The notes: generated from the letters alone by a model not told the origin. 53,787 bases of DNA from an uncultured Gammaproteobacteria bacterium (GCA_964540825.1 CAZINT010000002.1:194993-248779); one strand, 5' to 3'; counted from the first letter of the stretch, positions 8,143 to 16,616 are shown. Program-made: numbers and translations.

Positions 8143-9885
8143 ATGTTTAAATTTATTTATAAATTTTTTCATAAACATTACCACCGTCATTATCATGGAG
8201 TATATAAAAATCCCAAAAAACTTTTTATTTTTGACTTGTTTCTTTTATCAACTGCGATAGTCATGCTTGGGGCAAGCCTTTTTTTCTTTTTTTGGAAACC
8301 CGGGATAACAGATTTGATTGATTTAAAAATTAGTCTTGGGGATACACGCATTAAAAGCGGCGAACCCGTACATCTCAGCGTCCACTACACCAACCGCAGT
8401 ACATTTGCTTTAACGCATCCAAGCCTGGCAGTACATTTACCCGACGGCTTTATCATTGATCGCGCCAAGACTCCTGAAAATATTTTTTCGGCTGATTCTA
8501 TCCTTACGCTCGAAGATATAAAACCCGGAGCAAAAGGTCAGGCAGATATTTATGGAACACTCTTTGCCGAACCTAAAAGTGACGAGCGTATTCTTGCCAC
8601 ACTCTCCTATCAGACCGAAAAGAGCAGTGCTACCGAACAAAAATTTGCTTCATTTTTTGTTACCCTACCGGCAAGTGTTCTCGAAGATACACTGACAATC
8701 GCTACCACCACATTTGCCGGGCAAGCGCTGCCATTCACCTACACTCTTAAAAATACCGGCGCTTCGCCAGTAGATGGCATTAGTCTTGAAGATACATGGA
8801 CACCAGCTCTCCTTAGTGACGCCGCTAATAAAAGCATAACGCTCGCGCCATCAGAAACAAAAACTGTTACCGGTACATTAAAGGCGCCTGGAGCAGCCGG
8901 CGACTATACGGTAGTGATTCGCTCAAAAATAATTGCCAACAATCAGCCGATCATTCAATCAATCCAGCAAAAAACTATATCTGTTTTTGTACCAAGCGTT
9001 TCTTCTGAAATTAAACTGCTGCAACAAGTACCCTATATTGAACCGAACCAGACATTACCTGCTGAGATCAGCTGGAAAAACACCTCATCACTTACCTTGA
9101 GCCAGCTGCGTATAAAAATAACACCCACACCAGGAATTATTGACATCAGCAAGACAGCTCGCGAAAATCAACTCAAAATCGAAAACGGATCATTGATTAT
9201 CGACAGCTCACGCCGAACCGCCTTAGCAACAGCAGCCCCGGGCGCCGGCGACACCACGACGATTACCTTTTATTTACTACCGACCTTTACAGCATCGGGT
9301 AATGCACCTCGCCTGAGCATTATTCCAAGCGTTGAGGGCGGAACAGCAGGTTTTAACGGCCAACAATTTTCTGCCCCGGGAGCAAGCGTTTCTTTGCCGC
9401 TCGCAACTGATCTCACACTCACTACTGAAACCAGATACTACACTCCCGAGGGAGATCAGCTTGGCCGCGGCCCGCTTCCACCAGAGGTCGGCCAGAGTAC
9501 GAAATACTGGATTTTTGTCGAACTATTCAACACCATCAACTCTGTAGAAAAAAATAACCTTATCATTACGCTTTCACCAGGTGTTACTTTTACCGGCAAA
9601 CAAAGTGTAACCCTTGGCTCGCCACTGAGCGCGAGCGGTCAAAACCTTACGTGGTCTCTACATGAGATTCCACCAAACACCAAAACAGGTTGGTATTTTG
9701 AAGTTGAAACCACACCGACCGAAGCAATGATTGGCAAAAGCATCTCTTTAATTAGAAATATTTCGTTCTCGGGCAGCGATACCGTGGTCAGTAAAGATTT
9801 CAATCTCAGTAGCGGCGCTATAACCAATGCTCTTCGAGCCAACGATCGCGGATCAAAATCAGGATCAAAAGTAATACAGCCCTAA
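8143..9885 (+). CDS. Hypothetical N-terminally membrane-anchored extracellular protein, beta-rich with probable Ig/CARDB-like repeats
   Basis: 580 aa. The N-terminus is His/Lys-rich and is followed by a TM segment (LFIFDLFLLSTAIVMLGASLFFFFW). After that come repeated beta-strand-like T/S-rich segments. No catalytic motif was recognised. Confidence 0.55.
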   Translation: MFKFIYKFFHKHYHRHYHGVYKNPKKLFIFDLFLLSTAIVMLGASLFFFFWKPGITDLIDLKISLGDTRIKSGEPVHLSVHYTNRSTFALTHPSLAVHLPDGFIIDRAKTPENIFSADSILTLEDIKPGAKGQADIYGTLFAEPKSDERILATLSYQTEKSSATEQKFASFFVTLPASVLEDTLTIATTTFAGQALPFTYTLKNTGASPVDGISLEDTWTPALLSDAANKSITLAPSETKTVTGTLKAPGAAGDYTVVIRSKIIANNQPIIQSIQQKTISVFVPSVSSEIKLLQQVPYIEPNQTLPAEISWKNTSSLTLSQLRIKITPTPGIIDISKTARENQLKIENGSLIIDSSRRTALATAAPGAGDTTTITFYLLPTFTASGNAPRLSIIPSVEGGTAGFNGQQFSAPGASVSLPLATDLTLTTETRYYTPEGDQLGRGPLPPEVGQSTKYWIFVELFNTINSVEKNNLIITLSPGVTFTGKQSVTLGSPLSASGQNLTWSLHEIPPNTKTGWYFEVETTPTEAMIGKSISLIRNISFSGSDTVVSKDFNLSSGAITNALRANDRGSKSGSKVIQP

Positions 9886-9896
9886 AGCAAACAACT

Positions 9897-9931
9897 AAAA
9901 AACCGCATAGGTATAACCTATGCGGTTTTTT
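9897..9931. terminator. Bidirectional-looking terminator
   Basis: aaaaaaccgcatagg-tata-acctatgcggtttttt, with an A-run before and a T-run after. Confidence 0.8.
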
Positions 9932-9940
9932 AATCACACG

Positions 9941-10000
9941 CTCCAGTAGAAGCTTATACTACTTTTATCACAAAGTAGTATAAGCTTGGGTCTACTGGAG
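9941..10000. repeat. 60-nt near-perfect hairpin (10 + 15 bp stem with a 4-nt bulge)
   Basis: ctccagtaga/agcttatactacttt - tatcac - aaagtagtataagct/tggg/tctactggag. It lies between the host terminator and the 3' end of the islet A ORF. No T-run follows it. Confidence 0.7.
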
Positions 10001-10055
10001 AGTTGACCCGAGCTGTTGATCAGAGCCTCCTGCCACTTCGGAAGTGGCAACAGGT

Positions 10056-10451
10056 CTAGCGGCGAGCGCGGCGGCGGGTACGCGGGAGGGGCGGAGCCGT
10101 CTTCGGCGCGCAGGCCCGGACGGAGAACGCCCCACCGTCCTGCCATTTCGAAGCGACCTCGAGACCGGTGACCTTGAGCTCCGCCTCACGGATAGCAACC
10201 TCGAGCTGCCTTACACGGGCTTTCTCAGCCGAGAGCTCCGTGGCGGCCGCCTCGAGACGCTGCCCGGCCTCACGGACCTGCTTCACCATCGGCACGTACA
10301 CCTGGGTGAAGCCCAGCAGCAGGAGCACGAGAGAGCCGCTGATGCCCAGCGCAATGACGCCAGGCAAAGAGGTCGCCGCCTGACACTCCGGCTGCGAATT
10401 TTTCGGACCATCGAACCAGCTGGCATCCTCTGCGGTTGTTGACTCGGACAT
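10056..10451 (-). CDS. Islet A: small high-GC protein with one TM helix and a coiled-coil segment (hypothetical)
   Basis: I place the start at the internal ATG (complement of 10449-10451), preceded by aaGGAGGttctc. The 131-aa product begins MSESTTAEDASWFDG. It has a TM segment (LPGVIALGISGSLVLLLLGF) and then a heptad-like stretch, AGQRLEAAATELSAEKARVRQLEVAIREAELKV. Third codon positions are GC-rich in this frame. Confidence 0.6.
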   Translation of the reverse strand: MSESTTAEDASWFDGPKNSQPECQAATSLPGVIALGISGSLVLLLLGFTQVYVPMVKQVREAGQRLEAAATELSAEKARVRQLEVAIREAELKVTGLEVASKWQDGGAFSVRACAPKTAPPLPRTRRRARR

Positions 10452-10576
10452 GAGAACCTCCTTCCCCTCTTTAAGGGGGTTGCAGTGGCACACCTTATGG
10501 GCAAGGTGCAAATCATTAAAAATTCACAAGTAAAATTCTTAATGAAAAGCACCTTATTCTAAAAGAACAACGAACA

Positions 10577-10605
10577 AATCTAGCATGATTAAGGTGCGCT
10601 GTCAA
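10577..10605 (-). promoter_or_regulatory. Putative promoter for the islet A gene
   Basis: The minus strand reads TTGACA (complement of 10600-10605), 17 nt spacer, TAGATT (complement of 10577-10582). It lies immediately after the metK terminator and leaves a leader of roughly 120 nt. Confidence 0.5.
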
Positions 10606-10616
10606 GGCTTTTGTGC

Positions 10617-10649
10617 AAAAAACCATCCTCTTAAAAAGAGGATGGTTTT
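10617..10649 (-). terminator. metK terminator
   Basis: aaaaccatcctc-ttaaaaa-gaggatggtttt, with a T-run on the minus strand. Confidence 0.8.
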
Positions 10650-10657
10650 AAAAAAAC

Positions 10658-11806
10658 TTATTTCTTAACTAAGCTCTGCAGCGCCTTGATTTTATCTACC
10701 TTTTCCCAGGGAAATTCCGGGTAGCCGAAATGGCCGTAGGTAGCTGTTGGGCGATAGATAGGGCGCAGGAGTTGCAAGTGTTCAACTATTTTTCCCGGGC
10801 GGAAATCAAACACACGTGTAAGTATGTCGACCAATTTTTCATCACTCACCGTTCCTGTGCCAAAAGTATTAACACTAATGCTGGTCGGTTCGGCTTTTCC
10901 AATACAATACGAAACTTGCACTTCAACTCGCTCAGCGAGTTTCGCCGCGACGATATTTTTAGCTACATACCGGGCCATATATGCGCCCGACCGATCAACT
11001 TTGGAAGCGTCTTTTCCAGAAAAACATCCCCCGCCATGGCGCCCCATACCACCATACGTATCTACGATAACTTTTCGCCCCGTGAGGCCGGCATCGCCGT
11101 GCGGACCGCCCGTTACAAACCGGCCGGTCATATTAATATAAAATTCAGTTTGAGCATCCAGATACTTGGCGCATACAGGTTTAATAACATGCGTAATAAT
11201 ATCTTTTCGTAATCGCGCGAGAGAAACTTTTTCATCATGCTGCACCGACACCACAACATTTTTTAGACGTACCGGTTTGTTATTAACATATTCAACCGCT
11301 ACCTGCGTTTTACCATCGGGACGAAGATATTTTATGATATTTTTCTTGCGAACTTCCGCTAAGCGGCGCGCTAAGGCATGCGCCAAACTGATCGGAAGTG
11401 GCATAAGCTCCGGTGTTTCATTGCTGGCGTAACCGAACATGAGCCCTTGATCCCCTGCGCCTTGCTTTTCAGCACTTCCCCGCGTTACACCCTGATCGAT
11501 ATCAGGCGACTGCTCATGAAGTGTCGACATGATTCCACTATACGCCGCATCGATGCCAAAACAGGACTCGGTATACCCAATATCACGAAGAACGGCGCGG
11601 GCAATTTTTTGGACATCAATTTTAGCGGTTGTCTTAATTTCGCCGCCAATAACTACAAGGCCAGTGGTCGTAAAACATTCAATTCCGGCGTGCGAATTTT
11701 TATCCTGCCGCAGCAGCTCGTCCAAAATTGCATCAGAAATTTGATCACAAATTTTATCAGGGTGGCCTTCGGTTACCGACTCGGAAGTAAAAATAAAATG
11801 AGACAT
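10658..11806 (-). CDS. metK: S-adenosylmethionine synthetase
   Basis: 382 aa from the internal ATG (complement of 11804-11806): [25 protein letters not shown]. It also carries [18 protein letters not shown] and the C-terminal [19 protein letters not shown] motif. The 37-codon upstream extension in the ORF track is not MetK-like. Confidence 0.95.
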   Translation of the reverse strand: MSHFIFTSESVTEGHPDKICDQISDAILDELLRQDKNSHAGIECFTTTGLVVIGGEIKTTAKIDVQKIARAVLRDIGYTESCFGIDAAYSGIMSTLHEQSPDIDQGVTRGSAEKQGAGDQGLMFGYASNETPELMPLPISLAHALARRLAEVRKKNIIKYLRPDGKTQVAVEYVNNKPVRLKNVVVSVQHDEKVSLARLRKDIITHVIKPVCAKYLDAQTEFYINMTGRFVTGGPHGDAGLTGRKVIVDTYGGMGRHGGGCFSGKDASKVDRSGAYMARYVAKNIVAAKLAERVEVQVSYCIGKAEPTSISVNTFGTGTVSDEKLVDILTRVFDFRPGKIVEHLQLLRPIYRPTATYGHFGYPEFPWEKVDKIKALQSLVKK

Positions 11807-11810
11807 ACAA

Positions 11811-11845
11811 GTACAAAAAAATAAAACAAGGGCTGTTTTATTTTT
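11811..11845 (-). terminator. Intrinsic terminator inside the metK leader (candidate attenuator)
   Basis: The minus strand reads aaaataaaaca-gccct-tgttttatttt followed by ttt. The stem is a perfect 11 bp. The T-run ends about 10 nt upstream of the metK ATG, so there is no room for a promoter after it. Confidence 0.6.
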
Positions 11846-11981
11846 AGCAAAAGATAGAAGTGGCCGAATGGCCAGAGGAAGTTGTTGAACAATAATTGTT
11901 TGATCGACCACTCGCAAACAATATAATCAGCCAACAACTAACACCATCGTAACGCTAAAAGGCAACAGCATACTTTGCTTG

Positions 11982-12010
11982 AGCATACACCTAAGCACCT
12001 GAAAATGCAA
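11982..12010 (-). promoter_or_regulatory. Putative metK promoter
   Basis: The minus strand reads TTGCAT (complement of 12005-12010), 17 nt spacer, TATGCT (complement of 11982-11987). Confidence 0.5.
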
Positions 12011-12022
12011 GGGTTTCCACGA

Positions 12023-13192
12023 TTAAAAATTCTGAATAAGACTAAGTGCAATTCCTGAAATTGTCAGGAGTATAACCATGAGCGTTAAGAACCAGGCCGG
12101 ATAACGACTTACCGGGCGCTCCCCAAAAATACCCTTTCGCTTAGCTCGCCAGTATACAAGAATCATGATAAAAATTTCAAAAGCTATAAACAAAGCCCCA
12201 ACAACATTTAAAATACTAATAAAATTTCTTAGGCCCGCAATAAAAAGAACTATGGGCACCATAAAAACAAGTCCGCTGCTTATAATAGGACTTATATGAT
12301 TATCCCATAGCAAACTTTCTTTGAGGGCAATACCAAGACCGACAAAACTTGTGGCCATCGCGAACACGGCAAATACATTACTCATAATCATCACCCCCTG
12401 GCCAAAACGAGCGGCTAAAGCAATCGTAGCAACAGGGGTTGTCGCGTTGCCAAGCACCCCGAGCACCCCTGCCGCGAAGAGCATGTATACAATAACGGGA
12501 ATACAACTTCCAATGATGACTGCTCGACGTAACTTTTTAGGATCGTGTTCAAGCAACGCTTTAGCCTCAATGACTGCCGGGCTACCATGGAGCGCAAATA
12601 AAATAATACCGTACGGAAATAAAAGTTGGGCAGTATTGGTATAGAGCCAATTACCAATCTCGACCGAACGAAACAAAAATAATGAAAGTCCGGCAATAAT
12701 CAGAATCACTAAAAAGCTTAAAAATTTTTGCATTTTTTTAGCTGCGCTGAGGCCGCGCCAGATAACTAAGCTGCCTACAAACCAAAAACCAATGCTCCAC
12801 CAAAAAGGTTTGCCGCCGATAAGCGCACCCAGCACATCACCTTCACCAACAATATACGCCAGGAGGGCTCCATAACTACTCAGAACAATGGTAAGCGATA
12901 ACAAATTACCTGCCCATGAACCAATGTATTTTCCGGCCAGTCCGGCGAGCTGAAATCGCTCCGGTGTATTTTCCGCCGTTTCGCTGATCATGAGATTCAG
13001 GCAGAGCATCAAAATACCAAACCCAACCAAATACAGGAGGCCGATTTTCAGACCAACCTGCATAATCGCATACGGAATACCAAGCACACCAGCCCCAATC
13101 GTCATGCCGGTAATTAAAAAAACTCCTTCGGCGACCGAACCTCTAACTTTTACATTATTTTTTTGAAGAGAAAAATTTTTCACGAAGTACAA
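12023..13192 (-). CDS. Amino acid permease (aromatic amino acid/HAAAP-like, about 11 TM)
   Basis: 389 aa. The stretch GMTIGAGVLGIPYAIMQVGLKIG is typical of Trp/Tyr-permease-family transporters, and the protein is hydrophobic throughout. The start is uncertain: TTG at 13192 or GTG at 13183. Confidence 0.7.
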   Translation of the reverse strand: MYFVKNFSLQKNNVKVRGSVAEGVFLITGMTIGAGVLGIPYAIMQVGLKIGLLYLVGFGILMLCLNLMISETAENTPERFQLAGLAGKYIGSWAGNLLSLTIVLSSYGALLAYIVGEGDVLGALIGGKPFWWSIGFWFVGSLVIWRGLSAAKKMQKFLSFLVILIIAGLSLFLFRSVEIGNWLYTNTAQLLFPYGIILFALHGSPAVIEAKALLEHDPKKLRRAVIIGSCIPVIVYMLFAAGVLGVLGNATTPVATIALAARFGQGVMIMSNVFAVFAMATSFVGLGIALKESLLWDNHISPIISSGLVFMVPIVLFIAGLRNFISILNVVGALFIAFEIFIMILVYWRAKRKGIFGERPVSRYPAWFLTLMVILLTISGIALSLIQNF

Positions 13193-13244
13193 TAAATATA
13201 TACCTAGTATAACTTATTTTTACTTTTTATTACAGATTGTTTTA

Positions 13245-13281
13245 TTAAAAAATAGAACGGCGGCCGGTGAACGGCCGCCGT
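13245..13281 (-). terminator. GC-rich terminator of the islet B gene
   Basis: acggcggccg-gtgaa-cggccgccgt, followed on the minus strand by tctatttttt. Confidence 0.7.
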
Positions 13282-13302
13282 AAGGGCGCGAAGTGATGTT
13301 GC

Positions 13303-13887
13303 TCAGGCTGCAGCAGCCGAGCTGGGGATGATGGGCGTATAGCCCGGGTTCCTCCAAGCCACCAAGTTGCCGTAGCTGCTGGCGCGAACAACCTGCGCCT
13401 GCCCGAGCTCAAGCTCGATGTTGTAGCAGACAGCGTGCACGCGCGCTCCGGCTTCACGCGCGTATGTCTCCCACGTGAAGCCATTGGACGTCGTCGTCGA
13501 TGCGTCAAGGAACGAGAACAGTGCACCAGGCTCTGCGACCAGCAGGAGGGACGTCAGTCGGTTGGCGTGAGCGATGCCTCGCACCTGGCTCATGAACTTC
13601 CGGGCCCTCTTCCCCTCGCCAGCGCTCGGAAGACGCGGATAGCGTTGAGAGGTAAAGCCGACCGGGGCGATGCACATGCCCTCCGTCAGGGCTGCTGCGT
13701 CAGGCCGCGCCGTAGCCGATGCCAGGCAGAGGCCCGGCAGGACCAACTGCCGATCCTGGTTGAAGTAACTCCGCAGCCGCTGACCAACCACCTTCGTGTG
13801 GGCTAGCCGCTGCTCCCGGGCGATGCTCCGCGGGAGCGTCGTAAAACAGAGCAGCTGGATCTTCGAGACAGGGGGTAAAGTAGCCAT
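13303..13887 (-). CDS. Islet B: high-GC hypothetical protein, 194 aa
   Basis: The ATG is preceded by aAGGAGttgttc; the ORF-track start is a TTG two codons upstream. The product begins MATLPPVSKIQLLCFTTLPRS. I recognise no signal peptide and no family motif. Third codon positions are GC-rich. Confidence 0.55.
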   Translation of the reverse strand: MATLPPVSKIQLLCFTTLPRSIAREQRLAHTKVVGQRLRSYFNQDRQLVLPGLCLASATARPDAAALTEGMCIAPVGFTSQRYPRLPSAGEGKRARKFMSQVRGIAHANRLTSLLLVAEPGALFSFLDASTTTSNGFTWETYAREAGARVHAVCYNIELELGQAQVVRASSYGNLVAWRNPGYTPIIPSSAAAA

Positions 13888-14052
13888 GAACAACTCCTTG
13901 GCAAAACGATGTACATCCGGGGAACAGAAGGCGCTTAAAAATACATACTATATACTTTCAAGCACCTTCTATTCGCCACACAAAGAACGATTTATTTGGT
14001 GAATAAGTTCGGTACCACTTTTTTACCCCTTCGTCAAGGGTATAAACAAAAA

Positions 14053-14077
14053 AACCGCTTGAATAAGCGATTCTTTA
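14053..14077 (-). terminator. Weak terminator after tRNA-Val(UAC)
   Basis: 5-bp stem cgctt-gaat-aagcg, followed by a 7-nt T-run on the minus strand. Confidence 0.45.
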
Positions 14078-14081
14078 AGTG

Positions 14082-14155
14082 TGGGCACTGAAGGATTCGA
14101 ACCCTCGACCCTCTCGGTGTAAACGAGATGCTCTAACCAACTGAGCTAAGTGCCC
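14082..14155 (-). tRNA. tRNA-Val(UAC): tRNA-Val, anticodon UAC
   Basis: The reverse complement is gggcacttagctcagttggttagagcatctcgtttacaccgagagggtcgagggttcgaatccttcagtgccca. It has the cloverleaf arms, the anticodon loop tttacac, and the T-loop ggttcgaatcc. Confidence 0.9.
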
Positions 14156-14175
14156 TGGAGTTTTTTAACTCTCAC

Positions 14176-14204
14176 ACTATACAAAACCTGCCAAAAAAAG
14201 TCAA
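14176..14204 (-). promoter_or_regulatory. Promoter of tRNA-Val(UAC)
   Basis: The minus strand reads TTGACT, 17 nt spacer, TATAGT. Confidence 0.55.
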
Positions 14205-14216
14205 TACACACCCACC

Positions 14217-15206
14217 CTATTTATTCAGACTTTTAGCATACTCAGCAAACTCGCCTCTTCCTTGCACTACCTGCAAGTACCACCACTCTGCTCCCCACAA
14301 ATAAATACGCGAATATCCAACCCGATTTGCAAAAGCAACATTTTTCTTAAGGCGTTCAATACTCATGCTTTTATCCTGCTCTTCAAATGAAACTTCGGTA
14401 ATTGGTTTGTCGGGCAACCACGGCTCAGCCTGGAGCTCAATAACAAAAGCGGTTGCGGGTGATCGCCCCGCAAGCCATGTCCGGACGCGATACCAGCTCG
14501 GGGGGAACCAGTCGTAATGTAAATATCCCGTGTATTTATTCCAGACAACTTTATACAGTGTCGTACCAAAATAATCCCCAATGCGGGCGGTTGTTTGCCA
14601 ACTGTTTATTTCACCGCTATCAGTAACAAGTGTTCCATGCGCCGGATCGAGCTTTTTTACCAACGCCAATTCCGCTTTCAGATCGGTAAGTGAAAATGGC
14701 GGGCAATTGCCAAAATCCAAGAGCGGCTCATTCTCCACCTGCCAAATTTCAAGCGCCGGATGATTTTTATAACGCTCAACAACTGTGGTTATATACTGAT
14801 TCCTGGCAGCAGCATACTCGGATTCTGAGAGTGTATCTGTCCAGACTGGCAAATGACACTCAGGCCAATGCGGTGTTTTCTGCCCGACTGCCAGGATAAC
14901 TTTAACTCCCCCTTTGGCAGACTGATTCATCAGCGCATCAAGTTCAGTAAAATTAAATTTTCCTTTTACCGGCTCAACCGTATCCCACTCGGCAGCAAGG
15001 CGAACGTCTTTAAATCCCCACTCATCAATGATGGTACTAAAAGTTTTTTGCGGATCAATTCCCAAATAGCGGGCATACTCCGGACTAAATGTAACACCGT
15101 AGCGCACCGGACTCGGAGGCGCAAAACTCAGCACCTGCATACCAACAACAAGGCTTGCGATGAGGATAGCGGCAACAATCAATTTTACATATGTTGAACG
15201 TTTCAC
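14217..15206 (-). CDS. Secreted/anchored clan GH-A TIM-barrel glycoside hydrolase (GH5/GH42-like)
   Basis: 329 aa with an N-terminal TM/signal segment. DVRLAAEWDTVEPVKGKFNFTELDALM and WQVENEP (the NEP acid/base motif) resemble clan GH-A enzymes. The start codon is GTG. Confidence 0.6.
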   Translation of the reverse strand: MKRSTYVKLIVAAILIASLVVGMQVLSFAPPSPVRYGVTFSPEYARYLGIDPQKTFSTIIDEWGFKDVRLAAEWDTVEPVKGKFNFTELDALMNQSAKGGVKVILAVGQKTPHWPECHLPVWTDTLSESEYAAARNQYITTVVERYKNHPALEIWQVENEPLLDFGNCPPFSLTDLKAELALVKKLDPAHGTLVTDSGEINSWQTTARIGDYFGTTLYKVVWNKYTGYLHYDWFPPSWYRVRTWLAGRSPATAFVIELQAEPWLPDKPITEVSFEEQDKSMSIERLKKNVAFANRVGYSRIYLWGAEWWYLQVVQGRGEFAEYAKSLNK

Positions 15207-15215
15207 AACAGCGTA

Positions 15216-16121
15216 TTAACGAATGATTAAAATGAGCCCAAGCGCAATAACTACAACTCCAATAACTTCCTGAATAATTTCTCGACCCTGATACTCTTCT
15301 TTAAAAAGAGCCGGCCTCATCTTTGACAGAAGCGCGACCAATCCGATCAGAAGCGCAAACTGAGCGCCCGCCAAAGCATTAACAATCGTAACACTCCCTA
15401 TCGCTGTCGCATACTGCAGCAGCACCACACCAAAAAAACCAACTACTTTTTCAACCACCACAATACTTGTTTGGCCAAGTGATTTTGCCGGCAAAGAACT
15501 TTTTTCAGTAGTAAAAATATTTTTGCGAATTGACGGCAGCGCAAGAAGCGCAATACCGACTAACCCGCTAAAACCACGCGTGTAGACAAAGCCGGTCAGA
15601 AAACCGTGCATATCGTAGGTATATTTTGCACTCACGTGCGAGACGGCAAAAAAGAAACCAGCGAGCACACCCCAAAAAATACCGCGGTGAAAACCCTGGT
15701 GCAATCGACTCTTTTCAAAAGCAATAATGAGTGAGCCGAGAATTAAAACTCCAATCCCTAATAATTCTTGGGTGGTAATGACTTCGCTCAGAAAAAAATA
15801 ACTCAGTATCGAAACAAAAAATGGAATAACTGCTCCAAGCAGGGGTCCAATATGACTGATCTCGCTTTCTTGTATTGCGGTATACATTGCAGCCAGCGCG
15901 GCAGCGAACATTAATCCGGAACAGAGTGCTACCCCATAATCAGTTACACCAATAAGCCGCTCAGTACCAAACGGCAGCAGTAAAAAAACCGGCAGCGCCG
16001 TAATTGTTGAATAAAATAAAAACAACATCGGCTTGACCGTTGTTTTTTCGAGAATAAATTTATTGAGCACCGAGTCAATTGCTTGAAAACCGTACCCGAT
16101 GAGCGCAAAAATGATGGACAT
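15216..16121 (-). CDS. EamA/DMT-family transporter
   Basis: 301 aa, about 10 TM segments in two similar halves, as expected for the drug/metabolite transporter superfamily. Confidence 0.7.
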   Translation of the reverse strand: MSIIFALIGYGFQAIDSVLNKFILEKTTVKPMLFLFYSTITALPVFLLLPFGTERLIGVTDYGVALCSGLMFAAALAAMYTAIQESEISHIGPLLGAVIPFFVSILSYFFLSEVITTQELLGIGVLILGSLIIAFEKSRLHQGFHRGIFWGVLAGFFFAVSHVSAKYTYDMHGFLTGFVYTRGFSGLVGIALLALPSIRKNIFTTEKSSLPAKSLGQTSIVVVEKVVGFFGVVLLQYATAIGSVTIVNALAGAQFALLIGLVALLSKMRPALFKEEYQGREIIQEVIGVVVIALGLILIIR

Positions 16122-16202
16122 GACTGAAGTATACCAAAGACTGCATTCAAAGAGAAGTTCATTCGGCTGTGGGCAAAAAAATATTTTGCATACGGCTGAA
16201 CG

Positions 16203-16259
16203 ATCGTCTAGAGCGGCGCCTGCATCCCGAAGGACACTTGCGACACCGCTCTAGACGAT
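16203..16259 (-). terminator. 14-bp inverted repeat 3' of the islet C gene (terminator-like)
   Basis: atcgtctagagcgg - 29 nt - ccgctctagacgat, 13 nt after the stop at 16272. Confidence 0.5.
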
Positions 16260-16271
16260 ACACCACACTTT

Positions 16272-16616
16272 TTACGCCGCCACCTGATCAGGCATCAGCA
16301 GATGGTTCTTCTTACAGAACTCCTCCGCCATGGCCCACCCCATGTCATGTACGATCCGCTCGATCATCTCCCGCACCATCTCCGGTGGAACATTCGGATC
16401 GGGATCTGCGGTCACCCGTTCGAACTCGTCGACCGGGTCGATCGACTGAAGCCGCTGTGGCGTCTCACCCACCGAATCGTCAGTGAACTCTTCGAAACAG
16501 AGGTCGCACGAAGCGGTGTGAGGACCGAACTCACAGACGTGCCGCTTCGGATCAGCACCAACCGGCAGGAACGGGCAGGAGCTGGCGTGGGCAAGGGCCT
16601 TTTCTTTTGCCTTCAT
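16272..16616 (-). CDS. Islet C: small Cys/His-rich high-GC protein, 114 aa (hypothetical, possible metal-binding)
   Basis: The internal ATG (complement of 16614-16616) is preceded by cAGGAGttatgtatc. The product begins MKAKEKALAHASSCPFLPVGADPKRHVCEFGPHTASCDLC, placing Cys at positions 14, 28, 37 and 40 with His at 26 and 33. The C-terminus is acidic. Confidence 0.55.
   Translation of the reverse strand: MKAKEKALAHASSCPFLPVGADPKRHVCEFGPHTASCDLCFEEFTDDSVGETPQRLQSIDPVDEFERVTADPDPNVPPEMVREMIERIVHDMGWAMAEEFCKKNHLLMPDQVAA

Noticed and set aside
10044-10442. Long ORFs on the opposite strand or in other frames inside the high-GC islets. Examples: 10044-10442 +, 9992-10198 -, 13435-13806 +, 13245-13526 -, 16302-16625 +, 16169-16486 +, 19419-19895 -, 19604-19933 -, 23732-24100 +, 24797-25321 +, 51441-52112 +, 52444-52887 +.
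   Set aside because: High-GC DNA is stop-poor in all frames. These ORFs lack an SD/ATG context and terminator logic, and they give Arg/Pro/Gly/Ala-rich low-complexity translations. In each case the frame I called has an SD and a 3' hairpin, and where I read it through (A and D) GC-rich third positions.
11807-12010. A canonical SAM-I (S-box) or SMK-box riboswitch in the metK leader.
   Set aside because: I could not find the conserved S-box elements (the GAGGGA...GCCC...GCAACC type) or an SD-sequestering SMK layout. I kept it only as an unclassified attenuator candidate.
13245-14155. A tRNA-targeted integrative element (genomic island with att sites) for islets B and F.
   Set aside because: I found no integrase or recombinase and no duplicated tRNA 3' segment at the distal borders. 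Islet F lies on the 5' side of its tRNA. The tRNA proximity is therefore reported only as an observation.
9941-16259. The idea that the imperfect palindromes 3' of the islet ORFs (the 60-nt hairpin at 9941-10000 and the 57-nt inverted repeat at 16203-16259) are integron attC sites and that the islets are gene cassettes.
   Set aside because: There are no RYYYAAC/GTTRRRY core sites. The hairpins share no consensus. The cassettes are dispersed rather than arrayed. No intI gene is present, and several of the ORFs have their own promoters.
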